Shown one piece after another: positions 28,481-43,779 of a stretch of 64,000 nucleotides of DNA. Under the pieces are notes generated by a model that made no database searches, was not told the DNA's origin, and saw only the letters and a list, made by a program, of their open reading frames with translations. Position 1 is the stretch's first letter; each line of letters begins with the position of its first letter. This DNA is from Eledone cirrhosa (Eukaryota): assembly GCA_964016885.1 (NCBI GenBank), contig OZ024757.1, forward strand, positions 31,186,001 through 31,250,000. Reading direction: 5' to 3'. The translations under genes and the position numbers were made by a program.

Positions 28481-28537
28481 GTATGTATATGTATATATAT
28501 ATATATATACATATATGTATATATATATATATATACA

Positions 28538-28569
<32 letters not shown>

Positions 28570-28939
28570 AGTTTACATGTATAAAATACTATACATTTGT
28601 TTAACTTCTATTCAGTGTAGTTTCCTGTTCAATCCAAAGACATTACTATATTCCATGTACAGACACACTCACGCACACACACACATAGACACACTCACTC
28701 TCTCACACACTCACAGGCGCACATACACACACACAGACACACACACACATATAAAAGAAGTCATGTTCTTAAAAGAATCTTTCAAATAGTAAAGCAAACT
28801 ACGTTGAGTATCACGATAAATGTATTATTCTTGTTATTGTTGTTACTGTTGTTGTTGTTTTATGTATTGTTAGTACATTTTTTTTCAAGAAACTGCCTTT
28901 CTTAGTTTCCTGGTTGTCATGGTTGTATTATCACCCACA

Positions 28940-28991
<52 letters not shown>

Positions 28992-29593
28992 TAAATATAT
29001 ACATACCCACACACAGACATATATATCGCCCCCCCCCTGCCCCCCTTCTCTCTATCTATCTCTGTATATATATATACACATATATGTATTTATGTACTGT
29101 ATATATATGTATTTATGTATATATATGCATTTATGTATATATATATATATATATGTATTTATGTATATATATATGTATTTATGTATATATATATGTATTT
29201 ATGTATATATATATATGTATTTATGTATATATACGTATTTATGTATATATATATGTTTTTATGTATATATATATATATATATATACATAAAAACATATAT
29301 ATATACATAAATACGTATATATACATAAATACATATATATATATACATAAATACATATATATATACATAAATACATATATATATATACATAAATACATAT
29401 ATATACATAAATACATATATATATATACATAAATACATATATATATATGTATTTATGTATATATACGTATTTATGTATATATACGTATTTATGTATATAT
29501 ATATGTTTTTATGTATATATTATATATATATGTTTTATGTATATATATAAATATGTATTTATGGATATATACGTATTTATGTATAAATATATG

Positions 29594-29628
<35 letters not shown>

Positions 29629-29650
29629 GTTATGTATGTATATATTCATG

Positions 29651-29708
<58 letters not shown>

Positions 29709-30281
29709 AATTAATGAACAAAACTTCAGCAACAATAAAAGGAAATGCAATATAAAGATATAAAGGACTTGCTGTATACCGATGTATATAAAATGGCGAG
29801 GATTAGGTAAATCTTGTTTCATTTCGCTTCGCAGAAAATACAAATGTCATATTTATTTTTCCTAAATTCTTCGGTGATAATATTTCCAAACAATAAATAT
29901 TCTAATTCAATTAATTAATGATGAATATTAAAGATTTACTAAAAATCATTACTTATTTCATGAATAAGATACAAACCTGACATACGAGTATGGTTCTTAT
30001 ATAAAATTATGTTGGAAGATTTTAACTTAAATAGAAGCAGTATATTTAATTAATTAATGAAAAATTTTGAAGAATTTACCAAAATTATTGCATATTTCCT
30101 TAGTAAAATTGTAAACATGTCAAATAGTCCTACTATAAAATTGTTAGAATGTTTTAATTTAAGTAGGAATCTTTTAAATGTTTTGTTTTCATAGAACCAG
30201 AGCCTGTTTTGGCTGGGTTAGTATAAATAGGATTAACGAGAATTTCGGTAGACTGACTAACAAAATTATGGCCGTAATAGT

Positions 30282-30495
30282 GAAGGTGCGTGGCTGAGTG
30301 GTTAGAGAATTGGATTCGCAATCGTGAGGTTCTGAGTTCGATTCCCGGACCGGACGATGCGTTATGTCCTTGAGCAAGACACTTTATTTCTCGTTGCTCC
30401 TTCTACCTAGAGTTGCGACCGATAGATAGTATTAGCAATTGGAAAGAAAATGGAAACATTGTTTCCTCGGTCCGATTTGACGAAAGTCGATCGAC
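30282..30495 (+). mobile_element. SINE family 2 (tRNA-derived, CORE-like)
   Basis: A box TGGCTGAGTGG, B box GTTCGATTCC, and CORE-like tgtccttgagcaagacacttt. Copies at 40724-40938 (+) and 43259-43470 (-), with a head fragment at 10116-10152. Confidence 0.88.
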
Positions 30496-30514
30496 TGTCG
30501 ATAGTGGCCAAAAT

Positions 30515-30847
30515 AATTATTTCTACTTTAGGCAGAATGCCAGCAATTTGGGAGAGGGGAAAGTAGATCAAATTGACCCCATTGCGTTACAGGTACTATA
30601 TTTATCAACCCGTAAGGATGAAAGGCAAAGCTAACCTCGGAGGGATTTGATCTCAGAATCTAAAGGGCCGGAACTCTATGCTACGAAGCATAGTGTCCGA
30701 TGCTCTACTGATACTGCTAATCCACGGCCAAAATAATGATTTCTAGTATAGGCACGTGGACAGTCCATTGGGGGGGGGATTAAATCGACCCTAGTGAATT
30801 ACTGGTACTGGTACTTTATTTTATCGACTCCGTAAGGATGAAAGGCA
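30515..30847 (-). mobile_element. SINE family 1 tandem copies running into the gap
   Basis: Reverse-complement core. Confidence 0.9.
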
Positions 30848-31047
30848 NNNNNNNNNNNNNNNNNNNNNNNNNNNNNNNNNNNNNNNNNNNNNNNNNNNNN
30901 NNNNNNNNNNNNNNNNNNNNNNNNNNNNNNNNNNNNNNNNNNNNNNNNNNNNNNNNNNNNNNNNNNNNNNNNNNNNNNNNNNNNNNNNNNNNNNNNNNNN
31001 NNNNNNNNNNNNNNNNNNNNNNNNNNNNNNNNNNNNNNNNNNNNNNN
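30848..31047. other. Assembly gap (200 N)
   Basis: Run of N. Confidence 1.
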
Positions 31048-31923
31048 CTACGCACCCATTTTTTCATGCAACCATACAACTATATATATATATTTAATAA
31101 TAATTGTTTCTCCTTTTGGCACAAGGCCAGCAATTATCCCATTGCATTACTGGTACTTTATTTTATCGACCCCGTAAGGATGAAAGACAAAGTTAACCTC
31201 GGCAGGATTTGAACTCAGGCCATAAAGGGTCATAACTATGCTGCGAAGCATGGCGTCCGACGCTCTACCATACTGCTAATCCACCGCCCTATATATATAT
31301 ATTTATTTAATAATAATTGTTTCTACTTTTGGCACAAGGCCAGCAATTACCCAGTGCATTACTTATTTAATAATAATGATAATAATACTGAAACAAAGTC
31401 ATCGGATATGACCGATGTATCTTTGATCGTTTTCCCATTCAATCAATGCTTTAATTAAGCCAGTATCATTAAGATACCGACCTGAAGGAACGCAGATTGC
31501 ATACTAATATGTTAAGTAGGGATAACTTCTTGTGGGTAGAGAATTTGATTCTCTGGCCCTGGGCTAATGCATTAGTTTCTGTTTCTCTATCTGCTAGCGA
31601 CAGTTCATATGGAACTGGCGGGCTCAGAAATTAGGTAATGCTGTTAAGCATTACGTAATCGACTATGAGCAGTTTCATCAGCGAGGAGATAGTCTCTTCG
31701 GAACAGGTCAACTTCGAGCCCACTATCTTGATGTGGAAATGCCATGACGTTTCGTCTCACTTGTACTACATGGTCACCGACTCAAATGCCATTGCTCGTT
31801 CCAGACGTAGTGAGATAGTGATCTATTGATATAGTCTATTTCTGATATTATTATATAATATGTTCTCTCATATATACATATATATATATATACATATATT
31901 TACACACAGACACTAACATATAT

Positions 31924-31970
<47 letters not shown>

Positions 31971-32028
31971 CATACATCCATCCATACATACATCCATACA
32001 TACATACATACATACATACATACATACA

Positions 32029-32059
<31 letters not shown>

Positions 32060-32065
32060 GTAAGC

Positions 32066-32098
<33 letters not shown>

Positions 32099-33051
32099 TA
32101 TACACACAGACACACATATATATATATATATATTAGAATACGAATTAACTTATGTAAGACTACATACGATGCTTTTGTTTGTGTATCTTTTTTTACATAA
32201 ATTTTGTAGCTACATTCATTTATAGTCTATGAATTATGATTCTATTACAACCAGTAACCCCAGAATATTTTATGTGTTATACAAAGACAAATAATAAACA
32301 TACTTTCAACGATGTTATCAACAATCGACTCATCAAACACAGCGAATGTATTTCTATCTTGATTTTTTTTATATGAAATAATATAAAAAGTATTTTTTTA
32401 AAAATGTATTCTTTAAAAATATAAAATAAGCAATTCATTTTTACTTTAAATAAATGTTTGTTACTTTTAATATTTTGTTATCATTAATGTAAAATAATGT
32501 TTCGACTAACACAAAAAAAAAATTATGATTGAAAATTGAATTTTGTATGAGGATAAAAATAGTTTCATCCTCGCCATGAAAATTAATGCAAGTTTTAAAT
32601 TATGTTTTATTATAAATTATTTTATATTTGTCTCTGCTATTTTGCAATTTACTCCAACATTTAGAAATGGGGTTACATTCTTGTGAAACTCAAATTCAGC
32701 TTCAAAACCTCAAATTTAAATCCTCAAGTTCAAAAACCTCCAGTCCAAACCTATTTCAAAACCTCCAGTTCAACCCTTTCACTCCAAAACCTCCAGTTCG
32801 AAACCTCCAGTCCAAACCTTCTGTTTCCAAACCTTCTATTTCCAAACCTTCCAATCCCAAACCTCCAGTTTGAAACCTCCACTCCAAACCTTAAATTTCA
32901 GAACCTCCAGCCCATACCTTTCAATCCTTCACGTGTATGTATGTTTATATGCGTGTATATATATATATATGTGTGTGTGTGTGTGCAGGTATGTGTGTAT
33001 ATGTATCTGTGTGTTTTATGCAAGTGTGTGAACGTAATGTATGTGTGTATG

Positions 33052-33082
<31 letters not shown>

Positions 33083-33313
33083 ACGTGAGTCTACGATTGT
33101 AAATTCAGTTATAAAATGTCTCCTGTAATCCAGGAACTTCTCTCCTCTCCACAACATTTCCCACAATCTATTGAAATGACGTCCCAGTGTTTACGAAAAT
33201 TCACAAAATTTTAGGAAATATATCATTTTGTCAAATTTTCTAATTTCATTTAATTACTCTCTAAGAAATAATTATTCCTAGCTTTTCTTTATTTTTCTTC
33301 CTATCCACCTTTA

Positions 33314-33426
<113 letters not shown>

Positions 33427-34477
33427 TTCCCCTTCTCTCTTTCTATCTATCTGCCAATCTTTCTTTCTGTCTCTAATTAAACAACGAGACAAAACTTTTC
33501 GTTAAATAACCGTAATTATTCTCCACCAAACATTCTAGACTGTTGGCACACACACACACACGCACGCACACACACGCACATGCACATACACGCGCGCACA
33601 CACGCATGCACACACATATATATATATATATATCTTTCTAATTCTGTGGTTTTTGAAATTACTAAATCGAAAGACATTCTATTAAATAAAAGACAAGAAT
33701 TAATTAGCATGTAACCATAGAATTAGAAAGACATTCAAGCATTATAAATAAAGGAAAAAAATATAAAAGAAGATATATATATGTGTGTGTGTGTATATAT
33801 ATATTTTTTTTGCTATTAGAATTAATCCATAGATTCAATGCTATATTTTATCCCTATAACTGTTTTAAATAATTAACTATTAATGAGCACTATATATTAC
33901 ACTATATTCAACACTCTAACAAAATTTTAACCTATTAAGAAAACCAGATTATTAATGAGATTTCTTATTCGAAAATAAAATTCCCTACAGGTAAAACTTC
34001 ATTCTGACCACTCTAACACAATACAGTACTTACACAAATTTTGTTATTTTATTACTTATATATTTTTAAATCTAATTTTTACTTTTTTTTGGTTCCATCT
34101 ATATTCCTCTCCTTGTTCTATTTTTAGAACAAATTATTCCTCTTGAACAAAGAAACAACAAATATTTAGGATTGTTCTATACTATTCTACTGGATATAAC
34201 ACACTGATATATGTACCCTTTTCCTCCAACTTTAATCTTCCTTGACTCTCCACACTTTTCTGAAATTTCTATACAATATGTCTAAATTCATTTACTCTCG
34301 CAATTTTCTTTTCTTAAAGGTCATTCGATACCTCATCCCCTGACTGCTAATTTATTCATCTGCTACTACCAGCTTAATGATCTATATTGCCCCTTCCTAT
34401 TTTTACTATTAGTCAATCTCAACCTTGTTCTTAAAAGGTTACTTATTCATACATGTGTTTATATTCTTCAATTAACA

Positions 34478-34623
34478 AAACTCATTATTTCTGAAGGCGG
34501 CGGGTAGAGAAGACGTATGTATATTTTCTTACTTTGATAATTTGTAATATATTTTACATAGATCACTAATAGAATGAACATACGGGGAACTACCCCCAGA
34601 AACGATCGTAAAATAATGAGTTT
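34478..34623 (+). ncRNA. Duplicate hammerhead with core substitution CTGAAGA to CTGAAGG
   Basis: Matches 25043-25188 except for G at 34497. Confidence 0.8.
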
Positions 34624-34806
34624 AACTATGAATTAGCCGTATTTTGTTTAATTTCATTGTTTTCACTATTTGTATTATTTTGACTCTGCTTCCAATGAAT
34701 TATATCGTTGAAATTTTGTATTTTAAACTTTGCTTCACGACATCTACATACGGATTACATTGAGTTCTTCATACGGCTTGGACCCTACCATTAATTGGTA
34801 GATTTG

Positions 34807-34862
<56 letters not shown>

Positions 34863-35393
34863 ATACATTCACACACATATTTATATATGTATATATGTAT
34901 ATATAATATATATATATATAATATAATATATATATATATATATATTTATATGATATATATATATATTTATATAATATAATATATATATATATATATTTAT
35001 ATAATATATATATATATATATATTTATATAATATATATATATATTTATATAATATATATATATATATATACATAATATATATATAATATATATATATATA
35101 CATAATATATATATATATATATATAATACATATATATATAATATATATATATATATATACATAATATAAATATATATATACATAATATAAATATATATAT
35201 ATATACATAATATATATATATATATACATAATATATATATATAATATATATATACATAATATATATATAAATATAATACATAATATATATATATATATAT
35301 ATATACATAATATATAAATATATATAATACATATATATATATATATAAATACATAATATATATATACATAATATATATATATATATATATAAT

Positions 35394-35433
<40 letters not shown>

Positions 35434-35539
35434 CATATATATATATAATACATATATATATATATATAGTATATATATATATATATATAATACATATATA
35501 TATATATATAATACATACATATATATATATATATATATA

Positions 35540-35570
<31 letters not shown>

Positions 35571-35591
35571 ATACATATATATATATATATA

Positions 35592-35637
<46 letters not shown>

Positions 35638-35732
35638 CATATATATATATATATAGTATATATATATATATATATATATATAATACATATATATATATAT
35701 ATATATAATACATACATATATATATATATATA

Positions 35733-35763
<31 letters not shown>

Positions 35764-35896
35764 ATACATACATATATATATATATATAATACATATATAT
35801 ATATTTATATATATATATATATAATACATACATATATATATATATATAATACATATATATATATTTATATATATATATATATAATACATATATATA

Positions 35897-35945
<49 letters not shown>

Positions 35946-35996
35946 CATATATATATATTTATATATATATATATATATATATAATACATATATATA

Positions 35997-36035
<39 letters not shown>

Positions 36036-36045
36036 CATATATATA

Positions 36046-36080
<35 letters not shown>

Positions 36081-36090
36081 CATATATATA

Positions 36091-36125
<35 letters not shown>

Positions 36126-36307
36126 CATATATATATATTTATATATATATATATATATATATATAATACATATATATATATTTATATATATATATATATA
36201 TATATAATACATATATATATATTTATATATATATATATATATATATAATACATATATATATATATTTATATATATATATATATATATATATAATACATAT
36301 ATATATA

Positions 36308-36358
<51 letters not shown>

Positions 36359-36493
36359 CATATATATATATTTATATATATATAATATATATATCTATTT
36401 ATTTATATATGTATATATATATATTTATGTATATATATATATATATATATATAATACATATATATATATTTATATATATATAATATATATATC

Positions 36494-36534
<41 letters not shown>

Positions 36535-36538
36535 TATC

Positions 36539-36604
<66 letters not shown>

Positions 36605-36867
36605 ATATTATATATATATTATATATATATCTATATATATATATAATATATATATAAAATATATTTATATATATATAATATATATATATAATATATTTAT
36701 ATATATATCTCTATATATATATAATATATATATACAATATATTTATATATATATATATATAATATATATATACAATATATTTATATATATATATATATAA
36801 TATATATATATAATATATTTATATATATATTTATATATATATATATAATATATATATACAATATATT

Positions 36868-36900
<33 letters not shown>

Positions 36901-37474
36901 ATATATATATAATATATATATACAATATATTTATATATATATATATATAATATATATATACAATATATTTATATATATATATTTATATATATATCTCTAT
37001 ATATATATAATATATATATACAATATATATATAATATATATATACAATATATTTATATATATAATATATATATACAATATATTTATATATATAATATATA
37101 TATATAATATATTTATATATATATCTATATATATATATATATATATAATATATTTATATATATATATCTATATATATATAATATATATATACAATATATT
37201 TATATATATATATATATTATATATATATAATATATATATATAATATATTTATATATATATCTATATATATATATATATAATATATATATACAATATATTT
37301 ATATATATATATATTATATATATATAATATATATATATAATATATTTATATATATATATATATATATATAATATATTTATATATATATCTATATATATAT
37401 ATAATATATATATATAATATAGTTATATATATATATATATATAATATATATATATATAATATATATATATAATA

Positions 37475-37517
<43 letters not shown>

Positions 37518-37827
37518 AGCAAAAGTTCTATTTAAATTGTTGGGATACAACAAGCAAATATTTTTATAACTGATATAAAGCACTCAACAAGTATTTGGAG
37601 TAAACATACGATATTAACAAATGGAAACTATATTTATAAAACCATATTTATTTCATTATACATATTTCAAGGACACCAAGTTAAATTATGGTGTGCATCC
37701 ACCAGACAAAATATAATATAGATCAGTTTTTAATATCCAATACTAATAATAATATAAGTAAACAACTCCACTATCCGGGAGCTTCCAACAGTTGAAAATA
37801 GCCTAACTTGACTGTCACCACATATTA

Positions 37828-37866
37828 TGAACCTGAAGATTGCGAAAGCATGAAAGTACTTGTTCA
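37828..37866 (+). ncRNA. Duplicate of the minimal hammerhead at 27210-27248
   Basis: Identical sequence. Confidence 0.85.
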
Positions 37867-37968
37867 ATTAACACTTTGAATTTAATATTCTATCATACTA
37901 TTTCATTATAATACCATTATAAATTTTAAATAAAACGAGTAAATCAGACAAAGTTGGAATTCCTCTTA

Positions 37969-38089
<121 letters not shown>

Positions 38090-38114
38090 ACATATATATA
38101 TATATATATATATG

Positions 38115-38154
<40 letters not shown>

Positions 38155-38159
38155 CATAT

Positions 38160-38204
<45 letters not shown>

Positions 38205-38209
38205 CATAT

Positions 38210-38243
<34 letters not shown>

Positions 38244-38429
38244 ATACATATATATATAATACATATATATATATATAATATATATATATATAATATATAT
38301 ATATATATAATACATATATATATATATAATACATATATATATATATAATACATATATATATATATAATACATATATATATATATAATACATATATATATA
38401 TATAATACATATAGATATATAATACATAT

Positions 38430-38481
<52 letters not shown>

Positions 38482-38878
38482 CATATATATATATATATAA
38501 TATATATAATTTATTCGGTCCTCAATGTTGCCATTGACTGACCAACGGTCAAAAATAATACAGATATTGAGGACCGAATAAATTAGATTACAGATATAAA
38601 AGACACAGAAGCGAAAAGTGAAAACCAACCAAACAGTGAGTGTGTTCTGTTATTAATTCTGGCAATATTACACAAATATGACCCTCCCCAAGTATAACAA
38701 TATCTGTTTCGACACACGATTTCATATCAAAAACCTCGCAAAACTAATTCATCGCCGTTATATATATATATATAATCCCGCCGAGGTTGACTTTGCCTTT
38801 CATCCTTACGGGGTCGATAAAATAAAATACCAGTAATGCACTGGATAATTGCTGGCCTTGTGCCTAAAGTAGAAACAG

Positions 38879-38940
<62 letters not shown>

Positions 38941-38941
38941 T

Positions 38942-38975
<34 letters not shown>

Positions 38976-39543
38976 ATATATATATATATACATATATAAT
39001 ACATATATATATATATATATAATACATATATATATATATATATAATACATATATATATATATATATATAATATATATATATATAATACATATATATATAT
39101 ACATATATGTATATATATATGTATATATATATATATATATATATACATATATGTATATATATATATATATATAAGTTTACATGTATAAAATACTATACAT
39201 TTGTTTAACTTCTATTCAGTGTAGTTTCCTGTTCAATCCAAAGACATTACTATATTCCATGTACAGACACACTCACGCACACACACACATAGACTCACTC
39301 ACTCTCTCACACACTCACAGGCGCACATACACACACACAGACACACACACACATATAAAAGAAGTCATGTTCTTAAAAGAATCTTTCAAATAGTAAAGCA
39401 AACTACGTTGAGTATCACGATAAATGTATTATTCTTGTTATTGTTGTTACTGTTATTGTTGTTTTATGTATTGTGAGTACATTTTTTTTCAAGAAACTGC
39501 CTTTCTTAGTTTCCTGGTTGTCATGGTTGTATTATCACCCACA

Positions 39544-39591
<48 letters not shown>

Positions 39592-40723
39592 TAAATATAT
39601 ACATACCCACACACAGACATATATATCGCCCCGCCCTCCCCCCTTCTCTCTATCTATCTCTGTATATATATATATATATATACACATATATGTATTTATG
39701 TACTGTATATATATGTATTTATGTATATATATGCATTTATGTATATATATATATATATATGTATTTATGTATATATATATGTATTTATGTATATATGTAT
39801 TTATGTATATATATATGTATTTATGTATATATATGTATTTATGTATTTATGTATATATATGTATTTATGTATATATATATATATATATGTATTTAGGTAT
39901 ATATATATATATATGTATTTATATATATATATATGTATTTATGTATATGTATTTATGTATATATATATGTATTTATGTATATATATATATGTATTTATGT
40001 ATATATACGTATTTATTTATATATATATATGTTTTTATGTATATATATATATATGTGTATTTATGTATATATATATGTATTTATATATATATATATATAT
40101 TTTTATGTATGTATATATTCATGTATATATATGTGTGTGTGTGTGTATGAATTAATGAACAAAACTTCAGCAACAATAAAAGGAAATGCAATATAAAGAT
40201 ATAAAGGACTTGCTGTATACCGATGTATATAAAATGGCGGGGATTAGGTAAATCTTGTTTCATTTCGCTTCGCAGAAAATACAAATGTCATATTTATTTT
40301 TTCCTAAATTCTTCGGTGATAATATTTCCAAACAATAAATATTCTAATTCAATTAATTAATGAAGAATATTAAAGATTTACTAAAAATCATTACTTATTT
40401 CATGAATAAGATACAAACCTGACATACGAGTATGGTTCTTATATAAAATTATGTTGGAAGATTTTAACTTAAATAGAAGCAGTATATTTTAATTAATTAA
40501 TGAAAAATTTTGAAGAATTTACCAAAATTATTGCATATTTCCTTAGTAAAATTGTAACATGTCAAATAGTCCTACTATAAAATTGTTAGAATGTTTTAAT
40601 TTAAGTAGGAATCTTTTAAATGTTTTGTTTTCATAGAACCAGAGCCTGTTTTGGCTGGGTTAGTATAAATAGGATTAACGAGAATTTCGGTAGACTGACT
40701 AACAAAATTATGGCCGTAATAGT

Positions 40724-40938
40724 GAAGGTGCGTGGCTGAGTGGTTAGAGAATTGGATTCGCAATCGTGAGGTTCTGAGTTCGATTCCCGGACCGGACGAT
40801 GCGTTATGTCCTTGAGCAAGACACTTTATTTCTCGTTGCTCCTTCTACCTAGAGTTGCGACCGATAGATAGTATTAGCAATTGGAAAGAAAAATGGAAAC
40901 ATTGTTTCCTCGGTCCGATTTGACGAAAGTCGATCGAC
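40724..40938 (+). mobile_element. SINE family 2
   Basis: As for 30282-30495. Confidence 0.88.
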
Positions 40939-40957
40939 TGTCGATAGTGGCCAAAAT

Positions 40958-41385
40958 AATTATTTCTACTTTAGGCAGAATGCCAGCAATTTGGGAGAGG
41001 GGAAAGTAGATCAAATTGACCCCATTGCGTTACTGGTACTATATTTATCAACCCCGTAAGGATGAAAGGCAAAGCTAACCGCGGAGGGATTTGAACTCAG
41101 AATCTAAAGGGCCGGAACTCTATGCTACGAAGCATAGTGTCCGATGCTCTACTGATACTGCTAATCCACGGCCAAAATAATGATTTCTAGTATAGGCACG
41201 TGGACAGTCATTGGGGGGGGGGGGAGTGGATTAAATCGACCCTAGTGAATTACTGGTACTGGTACTTTATTTTATCGACTCCGTAAGGATGAAAGGCAGA
41301 GTTAACCTCGGCGATATTTGAACTCGGAACGTAAAGGTGCGTAACTCTATGCCGCGAAGCATGTTGTCCGACGCTCTACCCATCA
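40958..41385 (-). mobile_element. SINE family 1, two tandem copies
   Basis: Reverse-complement heads and cores. Confidence 0.9.
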
Positions 41386-41734
41386 GTGCATTGCTTCACT
41401 GGAATGCCTTCAGGGTTGGCGCTAACATGATTTCCAACTAAGCAGTCCTCTACGGGCGCATACCTTAGAGAAGCACATTGCTGAACCTTAAGGGGCCACA
41501 GTTTTATGTGAATTTGTATAATTAAAGCAGACCAGTAAATAAATCCTCCATTCTTCCATTCCTCCCTCCACCTCCACCACCACTACCAATAAGCCCCCCC
41601 CCCCCCCCCACACAATACCACCACAGCACCACTACCAATAACCCCCCTCTCCCCCCTCACACACAGAATACCACCACCACCAATACCACCACCAATACCA
41701 CGCCTCGGCTCTATTTCATAGGATTTTCTTAATG

Positions 41735-42285
41735 AAACCGGTGGAGCGTCAGACAGCATGCTTTGCCACATAGCGTTACGGCCCTTTATGATCTGAGTTC
41801 AAATCCCGTCGAGGTTAACTTTGCCTTTCATCCTTCCGGGGTTCAATAAAATAAAGTACCAGTAATGCACTGAGGTCGATTTAAACGATTTTCCCCTCTG
41901 CCCCAAAATTGCTGGCCTTGTGCCTATAGTAGAAATCCATTATTAGGTTAGTTTCAAATCCCGCCGAGGTTAACTTCGCTTTTCATCCTTACGGGGTCGA
42001 TAAAATAAAGTACCAGTAATGTACTGGGTAATTTGCTGGCCTTATGCCAAAGGTAAAAACAATTATTAGGCTAGTTTTGCCTTTCATCCTTACGTAGTCG
42101 ATAAAATGAAGTACCAGTAATGCACTGGGTACTTGCTGGCCTTGTGCCAAAGGTAAAAACAATTATTAGGCTAGTTTTGCCTTTCATCGTTAAAATGAAG
42201 TACCAGTAATGCACTGGGTCGATTTAATCGACTTTCCAGTCTGCCCCAAAATTGCTGGACTTGTGCCTATAGTAGAAATCGTTAT
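41735..42285 (+). mobile_element. SINE family 1 array (one full and three progressively truncated units)
   Basis: Repeated core and tail joined by attattaggctagttt. Confidence 0.9.
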
Positions 42286-42986
42286 AAATTGTCATATTTG
42301 CCTCAAGGGTTGACAAACGTTGATGGAAGGTAAAGTTAACATTGTGCCTCTTCTTTCTCTTTAAGAAAGTCATTATCATTACCTCTGAAACACTATTCGC
42401 CTGATGACATTTCCAGTGATTTCTCAATTAACAAGATACTTACTTTCTCCGTAGCACGTGATCACTTTGAAGGTCACCCCCGAGTAATCGTGGCGGAAAG
42501 GTCAAATGTGTTGTTTATAAAATCAGAAACTCACTTGTCATGGCGGCGCCGGCGGTGTTGGAAGTGGCGGCGGCGGTGGTGTTGGAAATGGCGGAGGTGG
42601 AGTTCTGTTTATGTGTATATGTGTGGGTGGGTGTCTGTGTGTATTTATTGATATTGTATCTCTTCTAATGACTGAATATAGGAAAGATTGCTTTGGTGAA
42701 GGTCACTTAGTTGATATATGATCGACCAACAGCAGGTCAAATGAAATGTTTCTCTCCCCTCTCCTTCTCTGCCCCCTCTCTCCCCTCTCTTCCCTCTCCC
42801 CATATCCCCCATATCCCCCTCCCTCTATCGCCCCTCTCCTCCCCCCTCTCTCTCTACACACACACATACATATATCCTGCTCAGTATCGTTCTCTTTTAT
42901 TGACTTTTCGCGTATATACACATATGTATGTATAAATATATATATATACATGCTTATATATATAATCCGAAGAGGGCTCGATAAGG

Positions 42987-43021
<35 letters not shown>

Positions 43022-43023
<2 letters not shown>

Positions 43024-43214
43024 CGAAGGAAATGTGGTAAGGAACCAGGTGGACCATAACGCACCAAAGTACTCAATACTTGAGGTAGTAGAGTGGGTAA
43101 TAGGAACCAGTAAGACCCCGACAGCTGAGCTCAAGCCGTTTCGACGGCTAATTCTGGACTAGTCCAGAATTAGCCGTCGAAACGGCTTGAGCTCAGCTGT
43201 CGGGGTCTTACTGG

Positions 43215-43217
<3 letters not shown>
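43022..43217. mobile_element. Element in (TA)n containing a perfect 114-bp spacerless palindrome
   Basis: Arms 43104-43160 / 43161-43217, centre GGACTAGTCC, with an ~80-nt unpaired tail. The tail end aacgaaggaa.tgtggtaa recurs at ~43485. Confidence 0.75.
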
Positions 43218-43256
<39 letters not shown>

Positions 43257-43258
43257 GG

Positions 43259-43470
43259 AACGATCGACTTTCATCAAATCGGACCGAGGGAACAATGTTT
43301 CCGTTGGTCTTTCCAATTGCTAATACTATCTATCGGTCGCAACTCCAGGTAGAAGGAGCAACGTGAAATAAAGTGTCTTGCTCAAGGACATAACGCATCG
43401 CCTGGTCCAGGAATCGAACTCACAACCTTACGATTGCGAATCCAATTCTCTAACCACTCAGCCACACGCT
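43259..43470 (-). mobile_element. SINE family 2
   Basis: Reverse complement of 40727-40937. Confidence 0.88.
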
Positions 43471-43502
43471 GTATATATATATATAACGAAGGAATTGTGG
43501 TA

Positions 43503-43768
43503 AATAAGATTTATAAAAGAGACTAAGAAAATAAACATTTAAAACAAACATAACAAATTCCCCAAAGGCGAGGAGACTCTAAGGGTCCCTCGTGTAGAAA
43601 TCCCACAAAAGTCACAGTGACCTTGTCACCTAGGGCAAAATGCCTTTTCCTAGTTTTTCTACTCCAATCTATAGGCGTATGCTGAAGGCAGATCCATTCA
43701 CATGGACCATGCTCGCCTCTCTCACCCACCTTTCAAGAAACTGGTCGGAAGGCAGCACTTCCCACGCC
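43503..43768 (-). mobile_element. L1/Tx1-like LINE extreme 3' end
   Basis: EVLPSDQFLERWVREASMVHVNG is homologous to EVLPPSTFAERWVNVARMARVSG at ~11323-11395. Confidence 0.75.
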
Positions 43769-43779
43769 AATAATAATAA

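Larger units (their letters stand above)
21749..30847 (+). repeat. Copy 1 of a ~9-10 kb tandem duplication
   Basis: Colinear with 31048-41298 and nearly identical outside microsatellites. Confidence 0.97.
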
